Positions 13,901-25,400 of a DNA stretch of 64,000 nt are shown one piece after another. The DNA comes from Vermamoeba vermiformis. Lineage: Eukaryota. The position numbers and the translations under genes are program-made. The stretch's first letter is position 1. Each line of letters begins with the position of its first letter. Location: positions 124,001 to 188,000 of the forward strand of contig JBEWZL010000151.1 of the NCBI GenBank assembly GCA_045837725.1. The letters are read 5' to 3'. The notes under the pieces are model-generated. The model saw only the letters and a program-made list of their open reading frames with translations, had not been told where the DNA came from and ran no database searches.

Positions 13901-15327
13901 AAATGAAAATAATTAATGCCGTTCTTTTGGGGACATGAAATTTTGTTCTACTTACGATCTTGCTGTCTAAAATAATTGAAAATGGAAGCCAGATTCCAAA
14001 TTCAATCGACAGCACGATGAGCAAGACGGACCAATGAATTTGACTCAGTTCGACAAACACATGTCTGTCGATCCAATTAGTTCCGAATAAACAGCTTAAA
14101 GTAGATTATATACGCACCTAATGCATCTCTTGAGATAAACATCAAATCTATATGAGTCTTTAAGCTCATGCTGGACAACAAAATGATCTCTGACGGTATG
14201 ATAATCAACCGCGACTGAGTTGAGCTTTCTTGTCCATAATAACTTCCAATAGAACATCCTTGCGAATGGATTGATGCGCCTTAGTAACGCCACCAAATGG
14301 TTGTATTCTTGACGAACTTCGTACGCATCCATGTGTTCAAGTCGACGCCATCTGTTTTAGAAATTTATTAGATCAGTGTGAATCCTGTTGATACGGCGTA
14401 AATATACAGTTCATGTATACTATACTTACGTTCTGATAATAATAGTCGATAGTAATGCTACTATGACTACTGTAACAATGTAGAAGATCGACAATACGAA
14501 CAACGAAATATGAACGTAATGGAAAATCTCCTGAATCTCACTAGATACATTAGCCGACGCAGAATATTCAACCGCAAACAGAACCATTGACCAGAGACCC
14601 ACAAGCGTTAGCTCTATTTTCAAAGTAAAATTCGATCAGCACGTGGAACAGTTTGTCCAAATAAGGATAACTTTCTAAACGAATACAATACATAAAGTAT
14701 CATAATATAATATAGTTTAGTGAATTAGAGGGAAATCAGGCTTACCCTGAAAGAGCTTGTGGATCATAGCAATCAGATGCGGTTGCAGATGAAGTGACTA
14801 AAGAAAATTAAGCGATTAGTTACATTGTCAAGATAATATAAACAGTATCTAGCAAGTTTCTAGCGATAATTCAAATTTTAGTAATAAAATCCTGACAGCA
14901 CGTGTGTCATCTGATCGGACACGCGCCCAGAGCACAAAATAGACTTTTAGAACTTTTGTTTATCGTAATTCAAATAATATAATTATTTTAATAATAGATG
15001 GGCATTAAGACTATCTTTTCGGAGTTACTCCGTAATCAAGTTTTTTTAATGAAACAATTTTAAATTGTCAAATAAGCATTATTAATTTAGTTTTTGCTGT
15101 CTCAAGCTTAAAAACAATTAATTTAGTGATAAGATGATGGTACTTACGGCTTCGAGCACATCCACCAACAGCTCCCAGAAGAAATTCAATCCGATCAGTA
15201 CTGCCAATGTTGCGATGAATGTTAATGCATTTGCTCCCGTACTATCGTTTAAAAAACTAAGCAGTGTTGGTAAAGAGCCACCAGACGGCGTTGATTCGCC
15301 TCCAGCGCCCATGATCGCGAAGTCCAT
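10984..15327 (-). CDS. MLO-like multi-pass membrane protein with very large low-complexity loop and His-rich tail
   Basis: Spliced segments MIHKLFQELTLVGLWSMVLF, FHYVHISLFVLSIFY, WRRLE, YRFDVYLKRCI and LFWCHSPSFFFYLLQNILFFQAIY follow the order of conserved MLO-family motifs. Confidence 0.72.
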
Positions 15328-16091
15328 CTCTCTGATCTAGTTTAACTCTTTGCAAGCTATTCTATTGTCTATCTGCGCATTATATAAATAAATTTATTGT
15401 GTTTGGTAGTGCATTCAAACTCGTAGAATTAATTTTTCGGCAAGTTAAGCGTTGCAAAAGTGCGCGTAACACGAGAAGCCATTGAAAATTCTAAAATAGA
15501 TACTAAACCTCATGACGCGACAGCAAGACCTCGTATATACTATGATGCGTGTCAGGGAAACGAATAGCAACCAACACAAATGAGTTTATGACTTTGCACG
15601 AACTAATCTGATTTGGCTTGCGCTTGGTAACCTCAACGAATTAATTTTCCGAATACGCAATAACAATTCGAAAAATGCAGCAACAAAAATCGTGATGAAG
15701 TCATTGGTTTTCTTGTTCCTTGAAGATTTTGATCAGGTAGCAACCATTTAATCTCCCATTCCTGAAGCATACGATGCCTCTTATTGCCACCAGTACTATC
15801 AATTCTTATGCACTTAAACATTTTTTTGTCAGCGGAGTCGAATGATAATCGCCTGAAACCCGAGATCTGCCAGATTTCACCAAGCTAACAGTTACCGCGT
15901 TATATTTGCTTGCCATCGATGAGGTCAACTAACATATTTAAAACTTTTTTGGCGCCAACATTATTGGTTCCGTAATTGCCTATCAGAATTTTTTAAGAAG
16001 GCGGTTTTTGGATCGACAAATCAGATTTTTGTACCGCCGCTATTTGTCTATCGTTGTCATATATATAACCACAACAGATAAACAATCCATC

Positions 16092-17221
16092 ATGCAAACT
16101 TCAAGCATCGTTGCTTTGTTGCTCGTCGCATTCGCTGCGATCGTCTTGGCTCAACCCGCCTGCCCTCCTCCTACTCCTGTGAGCCAATTTACCGTGAACT
16201 TCATCGAGTAAGCATCATTATAGCGCTAAATTATTGTCTTTATTACGCAAAGCGATTTGAAATAGTGGATTTAACTTTTTGTACCGGTAGGACTGTTAAA
16301 GTTAAGGGTGCTATCGGTCGCTATCCGAACACTATGATCTACTCTGGCGCTACTCTTCAACAAAACTACCAATCCCGTACTGAAGGTTAGTAATAATTAA
16401 TTAAAAATTTTATAGGTAAAAACATAGGTCTAACGTATCTGCTTTCAGCCGGTGTTATGGAGAGCGTTTTCATCGTCAATGCCACCTTAACTAACCCCTC
16501 TAACAACGGTAAGCACATATAGCACCTTATGTATCCATGATGCAAGCTAATGCGAATCCTCTCAGGAAAATTCTGGATCATCGATATGGACCAAAAGGGC
16601 TACCCCGAAGCTTGCACTTGGGGCTATATCCAAGAAATGAGCAACCCTATTGATATCAACCCTCCTTTGATTCCTTACTTGGACTGGATCACTTGCGAAT
16701 ACGTCGGTACTAACATCATTGCCGGTACGTAGAGTACGATCTGCTTTTAAATATCCGTAATAATCCGTACCTACAGGCCAAACCGTGTACCAATACCACA
16801 TGACCAACCCCAAGTCTTACATGGCCGTAAGTTATCTTTGTCGTCACATCCAAGCTGATCTACAATAACTTATTGTTATTTAGATGGAGTACTACATTAA
16901 CGCTCAAAGTCTCGATCCTGTGAGATACTCTACTACTATTACTAGCCCCTTCTACAACGTTACTCAGATCAATGACTTCCAAAGTGAGTTCAAATCCGCT
17001 ACAAAAATGCCGAAGTATGATCTAACCCTTTTTTAGAGTTCCAATATGCCAATCCCGATCCTAAGAGCTTCTGGATGCCTGCTGGTACTCCTAACTGGTA
17101 TGTCTACTCTCTACGTTTAATAAACCAGCGACTAACGAGTGTTTATAGCGTTGCCGGCAATGCTGCTCAATTGAAGAAAGTTTGGGACCAAAAGATTGCT
17201 CGTCACGTCACCAAGCTCTAA
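16092..17221 (+). CDS. Secreted protein, possibly ependymin-related (EPDR/LolA-like fold), 8 exons
   Basis: Signal peptide MQTSSIVALLLVAFAAIVLA. Exons splice in frame and the codon bias resembles a highly expressed gene. The C-terminal PDPKSFWMPAGTPNC resembles the ependymin-family tail; family call tentative. Confidence 0.55.
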
Positions 17222-17430
17222 ACGAACAAGTATAGCTCCTAGTTAACTAAATTTGACGTACATCAAATTTTTGTAACGAGATCGCAATTTCGTCTCTGCA
17301 ACAAATTTAAATAAATTCGATCCTTAAGATCAACATTCGCAACGTTGCATTTAGTATCTATCTATTATAATAATTGGTAGAACAGTACAATTTATTTACA
17401 AAGGAAGTTTTGGCGCGTCGCATCCATGCC

Positions 17431-18007
17431 TTAGTGAGCTTGAATGTTAGCCTCCAAAAAAGATGTAAGTTGTTGACTCTTTTCCTCTGTGTATGGGCCT
17501 TCAATCTTCAGAGCGACCTTATGTTCGCTATCGACCACATAAAGATAGATCGTTTTTTCGGTTGTGATCTGCATCTCGTTCAAAAACTTTTGTTTATCAA
17601 TATATAACGTAATCGTTCTATCGCGAGTTTCCACATCTCTAATACCGAATCGCATGCCTATCAAATACATTTGTAAGCAACTAATTGTTCCGGAATTTAT
17701 CGGAGAATTTTTTCAATTTGAAAATTTAAAATTATTGTAAAAATATTAGCGTACCTTCGGTAATAAATTTTTGAATCAACCAGTTGGGTCTATCGATAAC
17801 TGGAAGTTCATAAAAATTAAGGGCCTCGCGTCCGAACCTGTGAAGCAAAGTCGTCACCGCTGGGACCCACGTATCAATATCGTCTTGCTGCTCACGCTGA
17901 AATGCAACAAAAACAATATTGTAATTTTTGCCTGCAAAGTCTTGAGGAATCGTCACTTTCTTCTTGCTCAAGTTGTCAGATACGTATGTTGGGAAAGTCA
18001 AAGCCAT
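17431..18007 (-). CDS. ATP10-like thioredoxin-fold protein (bacterial-type), one intron 17658-17754
   Basis: FP...NL....VTIPQDF...VAFQREQQDDIDTW...YELPVI...FITEGMRFGI...TITLY...LYVVD...EG pattern. Confidence 0.65.
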
Positions 18008-18466
18008 GTTTGCTGGTTGAAGTAATCTAATGTGTTGCTGCTCGTTTAATAATAATAAACGAATGAATAAACGGGATTTGAGAAAGAAAATGTCCTAAAA
18101 CCCTACGTCGCGAGACCTCAAATTTCCTTTTTTAGATCCCGGTAAGAACGTCATTGTAGCGGCGTAATTAAAGACTTCCTTTGAATATTTTCGCGAGTAT
18201 ACTTTCTTGCGATTATGCGGCAATTGAAAATGTCAGCGTGTCATTTTGACTTTTGGGGCTTTGGATTTTTGGGTTGCGATTTTAATACAATATCGATTGA
18301 AGTCCCCAATCATTGAACCCATTCTTAATGATCTCAACCCCTTTGCACCATATTTGGGGCATAAGCAACTATAAAATCAGATCAGATCCGTTCATTCTTT
18401 TTCATCAAACAAACAAGTCGCCAACCAACAACTAATCTACTTACTTACTAATCCGAGTACCTAACA

Positions 18467-18936
18467 ATGTCTCTTCAAATTCGCAAGGCTCAAAGGAGAT
18501 GGAAGAGTCCTCCAACTACAAACAATTCTTCACTGTCATGAAAGACATCGTGCCTACCGTCGAAGTGATTGTAGACAGCGAGAGCATCAAGAAGCTCGAC
18601 GGCACTGGCAGATACAACGGCAACGACGAATCAGTGCCGCTCGTCTTGTTCAATGTCCTCAGAGGCTACTTCTGGAAAGGCATTTCTAACGCATTCCGTG
18701 ACGCGTTGAACGACGACATGGCCAAGGAAGCTGCGGCCGATGCAATCATGCGCGTGACTGTTACATTCGTGCAAAATGACGAGCAGAAAGGATACGGCTG
18801 GGAGCTGGCTAAGACGCAAGACAAGGACTGGACATTGAAGGTCATCAAGAACTGGAAGGGTCTCGTGTTCGACACGGAATTCAACACTTACCCTAACGCT
18901 CCTGAAATCAAGGACCAACTTCTCAAGTCTCTCTAG
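18467..18936 (+). CDS. Intronless hypothetical protein; probable true start 18467 separated from the main ORF (18499-18936) by a 1-nt frameshift
   Basis: Strong codon bias through the 145-aa ORF. The upstream ACAATG at 18467 reads MSLQIRKAQ and joins the main frame if one base is added at CAAAGG (18491-18496). Confidence 0.6.
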
Positions 18937-19066
18937 GCAAGCTTAATAATTTTCCATATTATTAAAGTCATGATTTGTCTTTGTAGTGCATAGCTGTAGT
19001 TGAGAAAGTGCAGTCTCAAAATAAAAGCAAAATTGTTTATAATTATTGTACATGATCCTCGAGCTA

Positions 19067-20071
19067 TTATTTGCCTAAAAATCGATATTAATATCACATA
19101 TTTATAAGAGTAATATTAAAACATTACCGAGAATAGCCTTTTTCAAGCCATCGTGCTTGGCCAAATCCGCTGGCTTTTTGCCGTCTTCATTTTCAGCATT
19201 AGCATCAACTCCTTTCTTTAAAAGTAAAAGTACAATAGGGATCTATAATGGATACGTTAAAATGAATCTATTAGAGTGAAATAGCATTTGGCGTACGAGA
19301 TCAGGATGCGAAACAGATGCGGCAGCATGAAGCAAATTGTTTTCTTGATTATCAGTAACTTCAATATCAGCACCTTTCTCTATACGAAATATTAATCATC
19401 ATGATCATCGCCTATTTAATTCACGTACCAATCAAAAACTCGATGATTTTGGGGAAGCGATGTTTGACAGCCAAGAACAATGGGGTCTGAAAAAAAATAC
19501 GTATATTATCACTATTATTATTGGAACATTAATCATGACACAGAAGTGATCTCGAGTCAGATTTAACTCTTAAGTAGTCCGGATTTGATGTAAAAGTGCG
19601 TTTTGAAACAAGTATAATCTCGTTTATTACCTCGCCTTCCATATTAGTAGCTTCAATATCAGCTCCGTGTTCAACGAGCACTGAAACGACCTGTATTTGG
19701 GTTAGATCTGACACCGGTGTCTTAGTAGGAAGTGTGACGTACGTCAAAATGGCCTCGTGAGCATGCATTATGAAGAGGAGTATTTAATACGCCTATATTA
19801 TTAGCATTTTAATGGTTAGTCGGTTTGACAGAGGCCAAAGATATTTTCAAAAAATCTCACTTTAGAAAGCCTTGCAGTAGTTGAGTAAAATTTCAACAGG
19901 AAAATATTAATTGAATTTTTTTGGCAATATTTACGCTGGTAATATTGATAATTTTTTACCTGTTGTCATGCGTGAGTTGGCATCTGCTCCTTGTGCGAGC
20001 AATTTCTTGACTAATTCGGTATTGCCATCAATAGCAGCGTTACGAATATCAGTAGCTATTTGAGAGGCCAT
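19067..20071 (-). CDS. Small ankyrin-repeat protein, multi-exon
   Basis: Exons give AAIDGNTELVKKLLAQGADAN, TPLHNACSRGHFDVVSVLVEHGADIE, TPLFLAV...GADIE and LLHAAA...GVDANAENEDGKKPADLA. The last exon is uncertain. Confidence 0.85.
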
Positions 20072-20154
20072 ATTTAATTAAGTTATTTGGTGTTGATCTA
20101 GTCACGAAATTAAAAATTGTTTTTTTTCGTTTCAAATCATACAAAGTACCACAA

Positions 20155-22038
20155 ATGGCCGATGAATACGTTGCATCAATTGATATAGGCACTAATAGTG
20201 TTTTGCTTCTTATTGGAAGACTCTTTAAAGTCAACGACACGGAATGGTAAATAATTAGATCCGCTTTTTAACCTCCAAATCCGTTGTTAATTATTATTAT
20301 GTGATCAATAATTATTATACTAATATGTAAATCATAACATAGGGCTATTGAGCCTATTAAAGAGGAAATGAGGCTGCCTCGACTCGGCAAAGGAGTAGAT
20401 GCCAATAAAACATTAGCAAGCGACTCGTAAGGCACTAATAATATTTACTTTATTATTTTAATTATTTTCGGGATTTATTTTGGAATTATTGAACTCGCTG
20501 ATCTGATCTGAAACGATTTGTAGCATGCAACGTGTTATTGACGTTCTGAAAGAGTACAAACAAATGATCGATAGTCAAGAACACAAAGTTAAACAAGTTA
20601 TATTATGCGCCACTAGTGCTGTTCGAGACGCTTCAAACAGGTAATTTTAAAACGAACCACATCTAAACGCGCGAATCCAGAAATATTTTCCAATCGATAT
20701 TTAAGCCCTAAAATAATAACCCTTTGCTATTATAGACAAACTTTTGTCGATTTAGTAAAGCAAGAGCTCGATTACGACGTTACAATCTTACCTGGAAAAA
20801 CAGAAGCACTTTGTACCTTCACTGGCGCAGTTGGAGCCCTTAAACAGCTCGAAGTCACGCAACCTAATCAACATTATAATCTTAAACAACTCAAGTATAA
20901 TATCGCTATTGATATTGGTGGCGGCAGGTAGGTATTTTCAAGATCAGATCTTTTTTGCCGGTACACGAGCTTGATCCGCTTCAAAACTCATTCCAAAACT
21001 CTATAATATTATCTATACTCCACAATTAACATATATATGCCACTAATAACGATCTATAATAGCACTGAAGTCGCGATCGGAACCTCGAGCGAACTCGTTA
21101 ACAGGTAATTCTTAATTATACCTCAAAATAAGCCATTATTCATCTTTATATTAGTCATTCGTTTGATATGGGTTGTGTGAGATACGCAGAGCGTTATTTC
21201 TTTAATCCTAATGGCCAACGCATAGAAGATGTAATGAACTACGTACCGACCGAAGATCAGATCCACAGTGCGCATCAAGCGATTAAAGATACGCTTAAGG
21301 GCGTTCAATTCAAGGAGATTAGAGATACCCAAGGTATATTTATAATTAATTTAATCAAAACTACGTCGGCTTAGAAAAAGATCCGGATGTACCTTAAACA
21401 ATGAATACAATCTTATTTATACTTTAGATCGCTAGCATACTAATTATACAACGTTTAGATAAGTCGTTAATCAGATTGATCGGAGTTGAAGGCACTTTTG
21501 CTTCGATCTGCTGCATAGCCAATGAATTGCCTGAAATGATTCCAGTACAGTTCCACGGCTCTATTCTCACTTTAGAACAGTACGTATACTACTATATTAT
21601 ATCGGTACATACTTATTTACCTCTTATTATTTCTTAGAATTGAGTCTCAGCTCGCTCGCTTCAGAACGATGTCGCCGAATCAAATGTTGGCTTTGTACCC
21701 TAAAATTCTCGTACGTAATATATAATTTATATTTATTAGCAATAATTGAAATTAAGAATTGATTATGAAAGCCAAGAATTATTTTGTACTGGCTTTTTTA
21801 TTGGAAAGAAAAATGTTCTAATATGATATTATTTAGTACGGCCGAGCAGATGTATATTTAATTGGTCTATTAATTGCTTCAGAATTCATGAAGGTAAAAT
21901 ACGATTTTAACTTGCCGCTTTCGAATGATATCTGACCAATTATTTCCTTTTTAGGAATACGGCTTTTCGACCGTTCAAGTCTCGACTGGTGGTATCAGAT
22001 ACGGCGGTGTAATATTGCGAACGAAAAATATTATATAA
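20155..22038 (+). CDS. Ppx/GppA family phosphatase (exopolyphosphatase/pppGpp phosphohydrolase-like), intron-rich
   Basis: ASIDIGTNS, RLGKGV, ATSAVRDASN, GKTEA, IDIGGGSTE, MGCVRYAERY, GVEGT, GRADV and GIRYG motifs occur in order. Confidence 0.9.
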
Positions 22039-22475
22039 ATACTAACATTCGCGAAGCAAAAACAAACATTGGTTAACTTTTATATTACTACCAGTAGTAT
22101 TTTTAGGTTTCAACCGTTTACAAAGAACTAATTGCAAAGATCGCGGAAAAAAACAGCAAAAATGAAGAGGCACGTGCCTCGTGATGAAATTTCGTGACTG
22201 TGATATTCGTGCTCGGAAATTTGACGGAACGCCACTCGGAGAATTACTGGCTAAATACACCGATTAGTTGTTCTGAGTACATTCAGTGACTATTCACTCA
22301 AATATTACGCCCACTATATAGCGCAACAAAGTTTACTTAATGGCATAGAAACAGTTTTAAGTAAGATAAATTAGCTCAAATGCGATCCAAAAATAATTGA
22401 CGTTGAAGTCGTCGAACTCTCTTTTGTAGGATAAACTAATTTATTGATTTAATGATTTACTATTATTACATACTA

Positions 22476-25400
22476 CTATATTTTGAACTCGTCCATATCA
22501 TCATCGTCCAAAAAGTCGTCTCCAAACACCGGATCTGACTCGCTTCCTAACAACTTTTCCATCGATCTATTCGAATTGTTACCAGGCTTCACGCTATCCG
22601 TACTCTCCGTATTAGATGTATTATTATCATTATTAGCGTTGGTCATCTGTTCTGTAATCAATGTCTCCGAGTAATATTTGACGCACTTTGGGAATATTTT
22701 TGTGCAATAAAATGCAAATAATTCGTCCACTGTTTTGCTCTTAGCAATAATTTTGCTTTGAATGACTTCAGGGCTCTCGTCATCTTTTTTCAAAACATCG
22801 CAGTTTTCTATATCCACGGTACGTTGTCGGAAAAATCTTCGAATAATATCGACCTGTTCGTCAATGATCGCTTGACTATATTTGGTAAAGTGATCGGAAC
22901 CTTCTAAAATAAACTTTTCCTTGCGCGCCATGCACGAATCAAACGCTTTTTGTTCCCATTCTTTCAAACTCTTTTTGTCCGTAATTGAGCCACGCAAATC
23001 TATCGTATGATCTACCGCCTAAAGTGAAATTTCCGTCAGGGTTATCCTTATAAGGAAATGAATTCATTTCAACTTACAGTGATGCATTGAGCTTCTTCGA
23101 GCCAAAATTCGCTCGAGTTGATTTTGCTGTAGTCAATTGGTGCCACCAACGCCACACTAAAAATAAAATTGATAAATTGGGTGATTATCCTTATAAGGAA
23201 ATTTTTTTCTACTTACCCTCCGAACAAGCTCTTGTGAAGCACGGCAATTTTTCTAAAGTACTGCGCAATAATTTCATGAACGGCCTCTCGTACGGGCTGG
23301 TCGAAATATTCCAACAGTGAAATTCCTTCACGACGCACTAAGAAAATATCGCTGATGCCCTTCCTCTTCTTTTTCTTTCGCCTACAAAATTACGATGTAA
23401 ATACTATGTAATTTTTATCTGGCAGTCTCTTACTTATTTTTCACTAAGAACGTCAAATCGCTGGTATTGATCACGAGATCTATCATCAACTCCAATTCTT
23501 TTCTGACTTTCAATTGATAGCGCTTCACTTTATCGCTAAAAATTTCGAGATTTCGTTGCAAAGTAACGGACTCTAAGTTCAGCTCCGCTTTAAGTTTCTC
23601 ACGCTCTTCACGTCTCTTCGCTGAAAACCACGATGACGAGTCGTTTGGACGAGTGCCACTAACATTATTATTAATAACTTTTGATAATATTAATTTACCA
23701 TATTTGGCACTTACTCAAGTTTTTGATACAATGTGAGCAATTCTTTTAGCTCCATAGTGATCGCAAATCGAGCTCGTTGGTCGAGTTTCTAATTATAGTA
23801 GTGCGGTTAGATCTTGCAATAATAAACCATTAATTAATATTACCATAAATCTACTGCACAATCTACGCGAGACACGTGGCCTCAAAATTTCACTGAACCG
23901 TAGCATGAAGGTGGGCAAGCCCGACAACTCCGCTGCTAGATCTCCCAAGCTTGCCTACATAATCGTGCCGTTAGGATATAGTATGGACGATATAATGAAC
24001 TTACATTGCTGGACTTAGTGTTTAAGAATCGCACGTATTGTTCGATGCGTTTTTCGGATCTGCTCGCAGAGTCGCTGATATCAAGACTAAGCTCGTCATC
24101 ATTAAAGGGTTCGACCTCATCAAACTCGTCGCTATAACAACGTCAGATGTGCATATATATAGTAAACTATATAGTGATCTTACGGCTCATTGGGGTTGAG
24201 AATAGTGAACTTGAGGATCGAGTTCAAAAAGTCCAAAAATGTAATCCACATCTTCTTTAAATCGTAGCGCTCCTTATTGGATAAGCTACCTATACCAAAA
24301 GAGTGTGAGTATATATAGCATATTACGAGGTTCATTGCAGTAGGGTGGCACGTACCTTTTCGCATCCGATCTTTCAGGTTCTCGATGTTGATAAACTCGC
24401 TAATCAATTTAAAACAACACACAGGCAAGCGATGTCTGTCTCCTGCTTCGTAGAACGAGCTGGCAGTGTCTAGCTTTTGGCTGACGCAATAATCGAAACC
24501 CTAAAAATAAATCGATCAGATCCGGACCAAAAACATCGGCTAGGCGACAAAGTAAAACGAAGAATATGGGGATAATAGAGAGGCAAAAAACTATTTGCGT
24601 GCACCGGGAGTCGAACCCGGGACACCAGCTTGGAAGGCTGGTATGTTACCGTTACACCATGCACGCTTGATTGATGGCGGCAGCGCCGATCCGCGTCGCC
24701 TGGTTCGAAAAACCACGCTGCATCGTTTGCGGCACTGTATTATCAGCTAAACGCTTAAATATGCTTGATCATAGCTGTAAGGTATGATTGAATGCGACTG
24801 AGTCGCCTTGAGGGATCTCAAAAAGATCAAGCACAGCTACACATGTTTGAAAATGTAAAAATTTCATCAATTACACAAGCTTCGCGAGAGATTATAGTGG
24901 TACACCTGCACTATGGTGACAGCGTATAGCTTCAATTTCAAAGGTGCGGATCAACGTGCAGCCGAACAAAGCTTTGTAAAATATATTCTCTTCACTGTTC
25001 TCCTAATTGTCTCGTACTGATAAGAGGCTGAATTTAAATATAAAAGGGTGGGGAAGAATATCATTTGATGCTGCTTGCAGATCCGCGAGCAATTAAGCCA
25101 AAATCGATGGAAAAGAATGTAGCATGCAAAATCTCGAAGATTGGTATCAAAGAGGTAAATAACTAGCAGTAAGAACGAAGGAGCAAAAGCGACAAAAAGA
25201 GAAACAGCTCGAGATTCAAAGAAAAAGGCAAAAAAACTATTTGCGTGCACCGGGAGTCGAACCCGGGACACCAGCTTGGAAGGCTGGTATGTTACCGTTA
25301 CACCATGCACGCTTGGTTGATTTCGGAAACCACAACGCTGAGTGCCTCCTGGCTAAAGGAAAATGAGTGCTTACCTTTTCTTTTTCGTCCTTCACCGCGT

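Larger units (their letters stand above)
24501..25374 (-). other. 874-nt spliceosomal intron of the dynamin-like gene containing two tRNA-Gly genes
   Basis: The donor AAG|GTAAGC at 25374 and acceptor TTTTTAG|GGT at 24501 join ...DEKEK to GFDYCVSQ... in phase 0. Confidence 0.8.
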
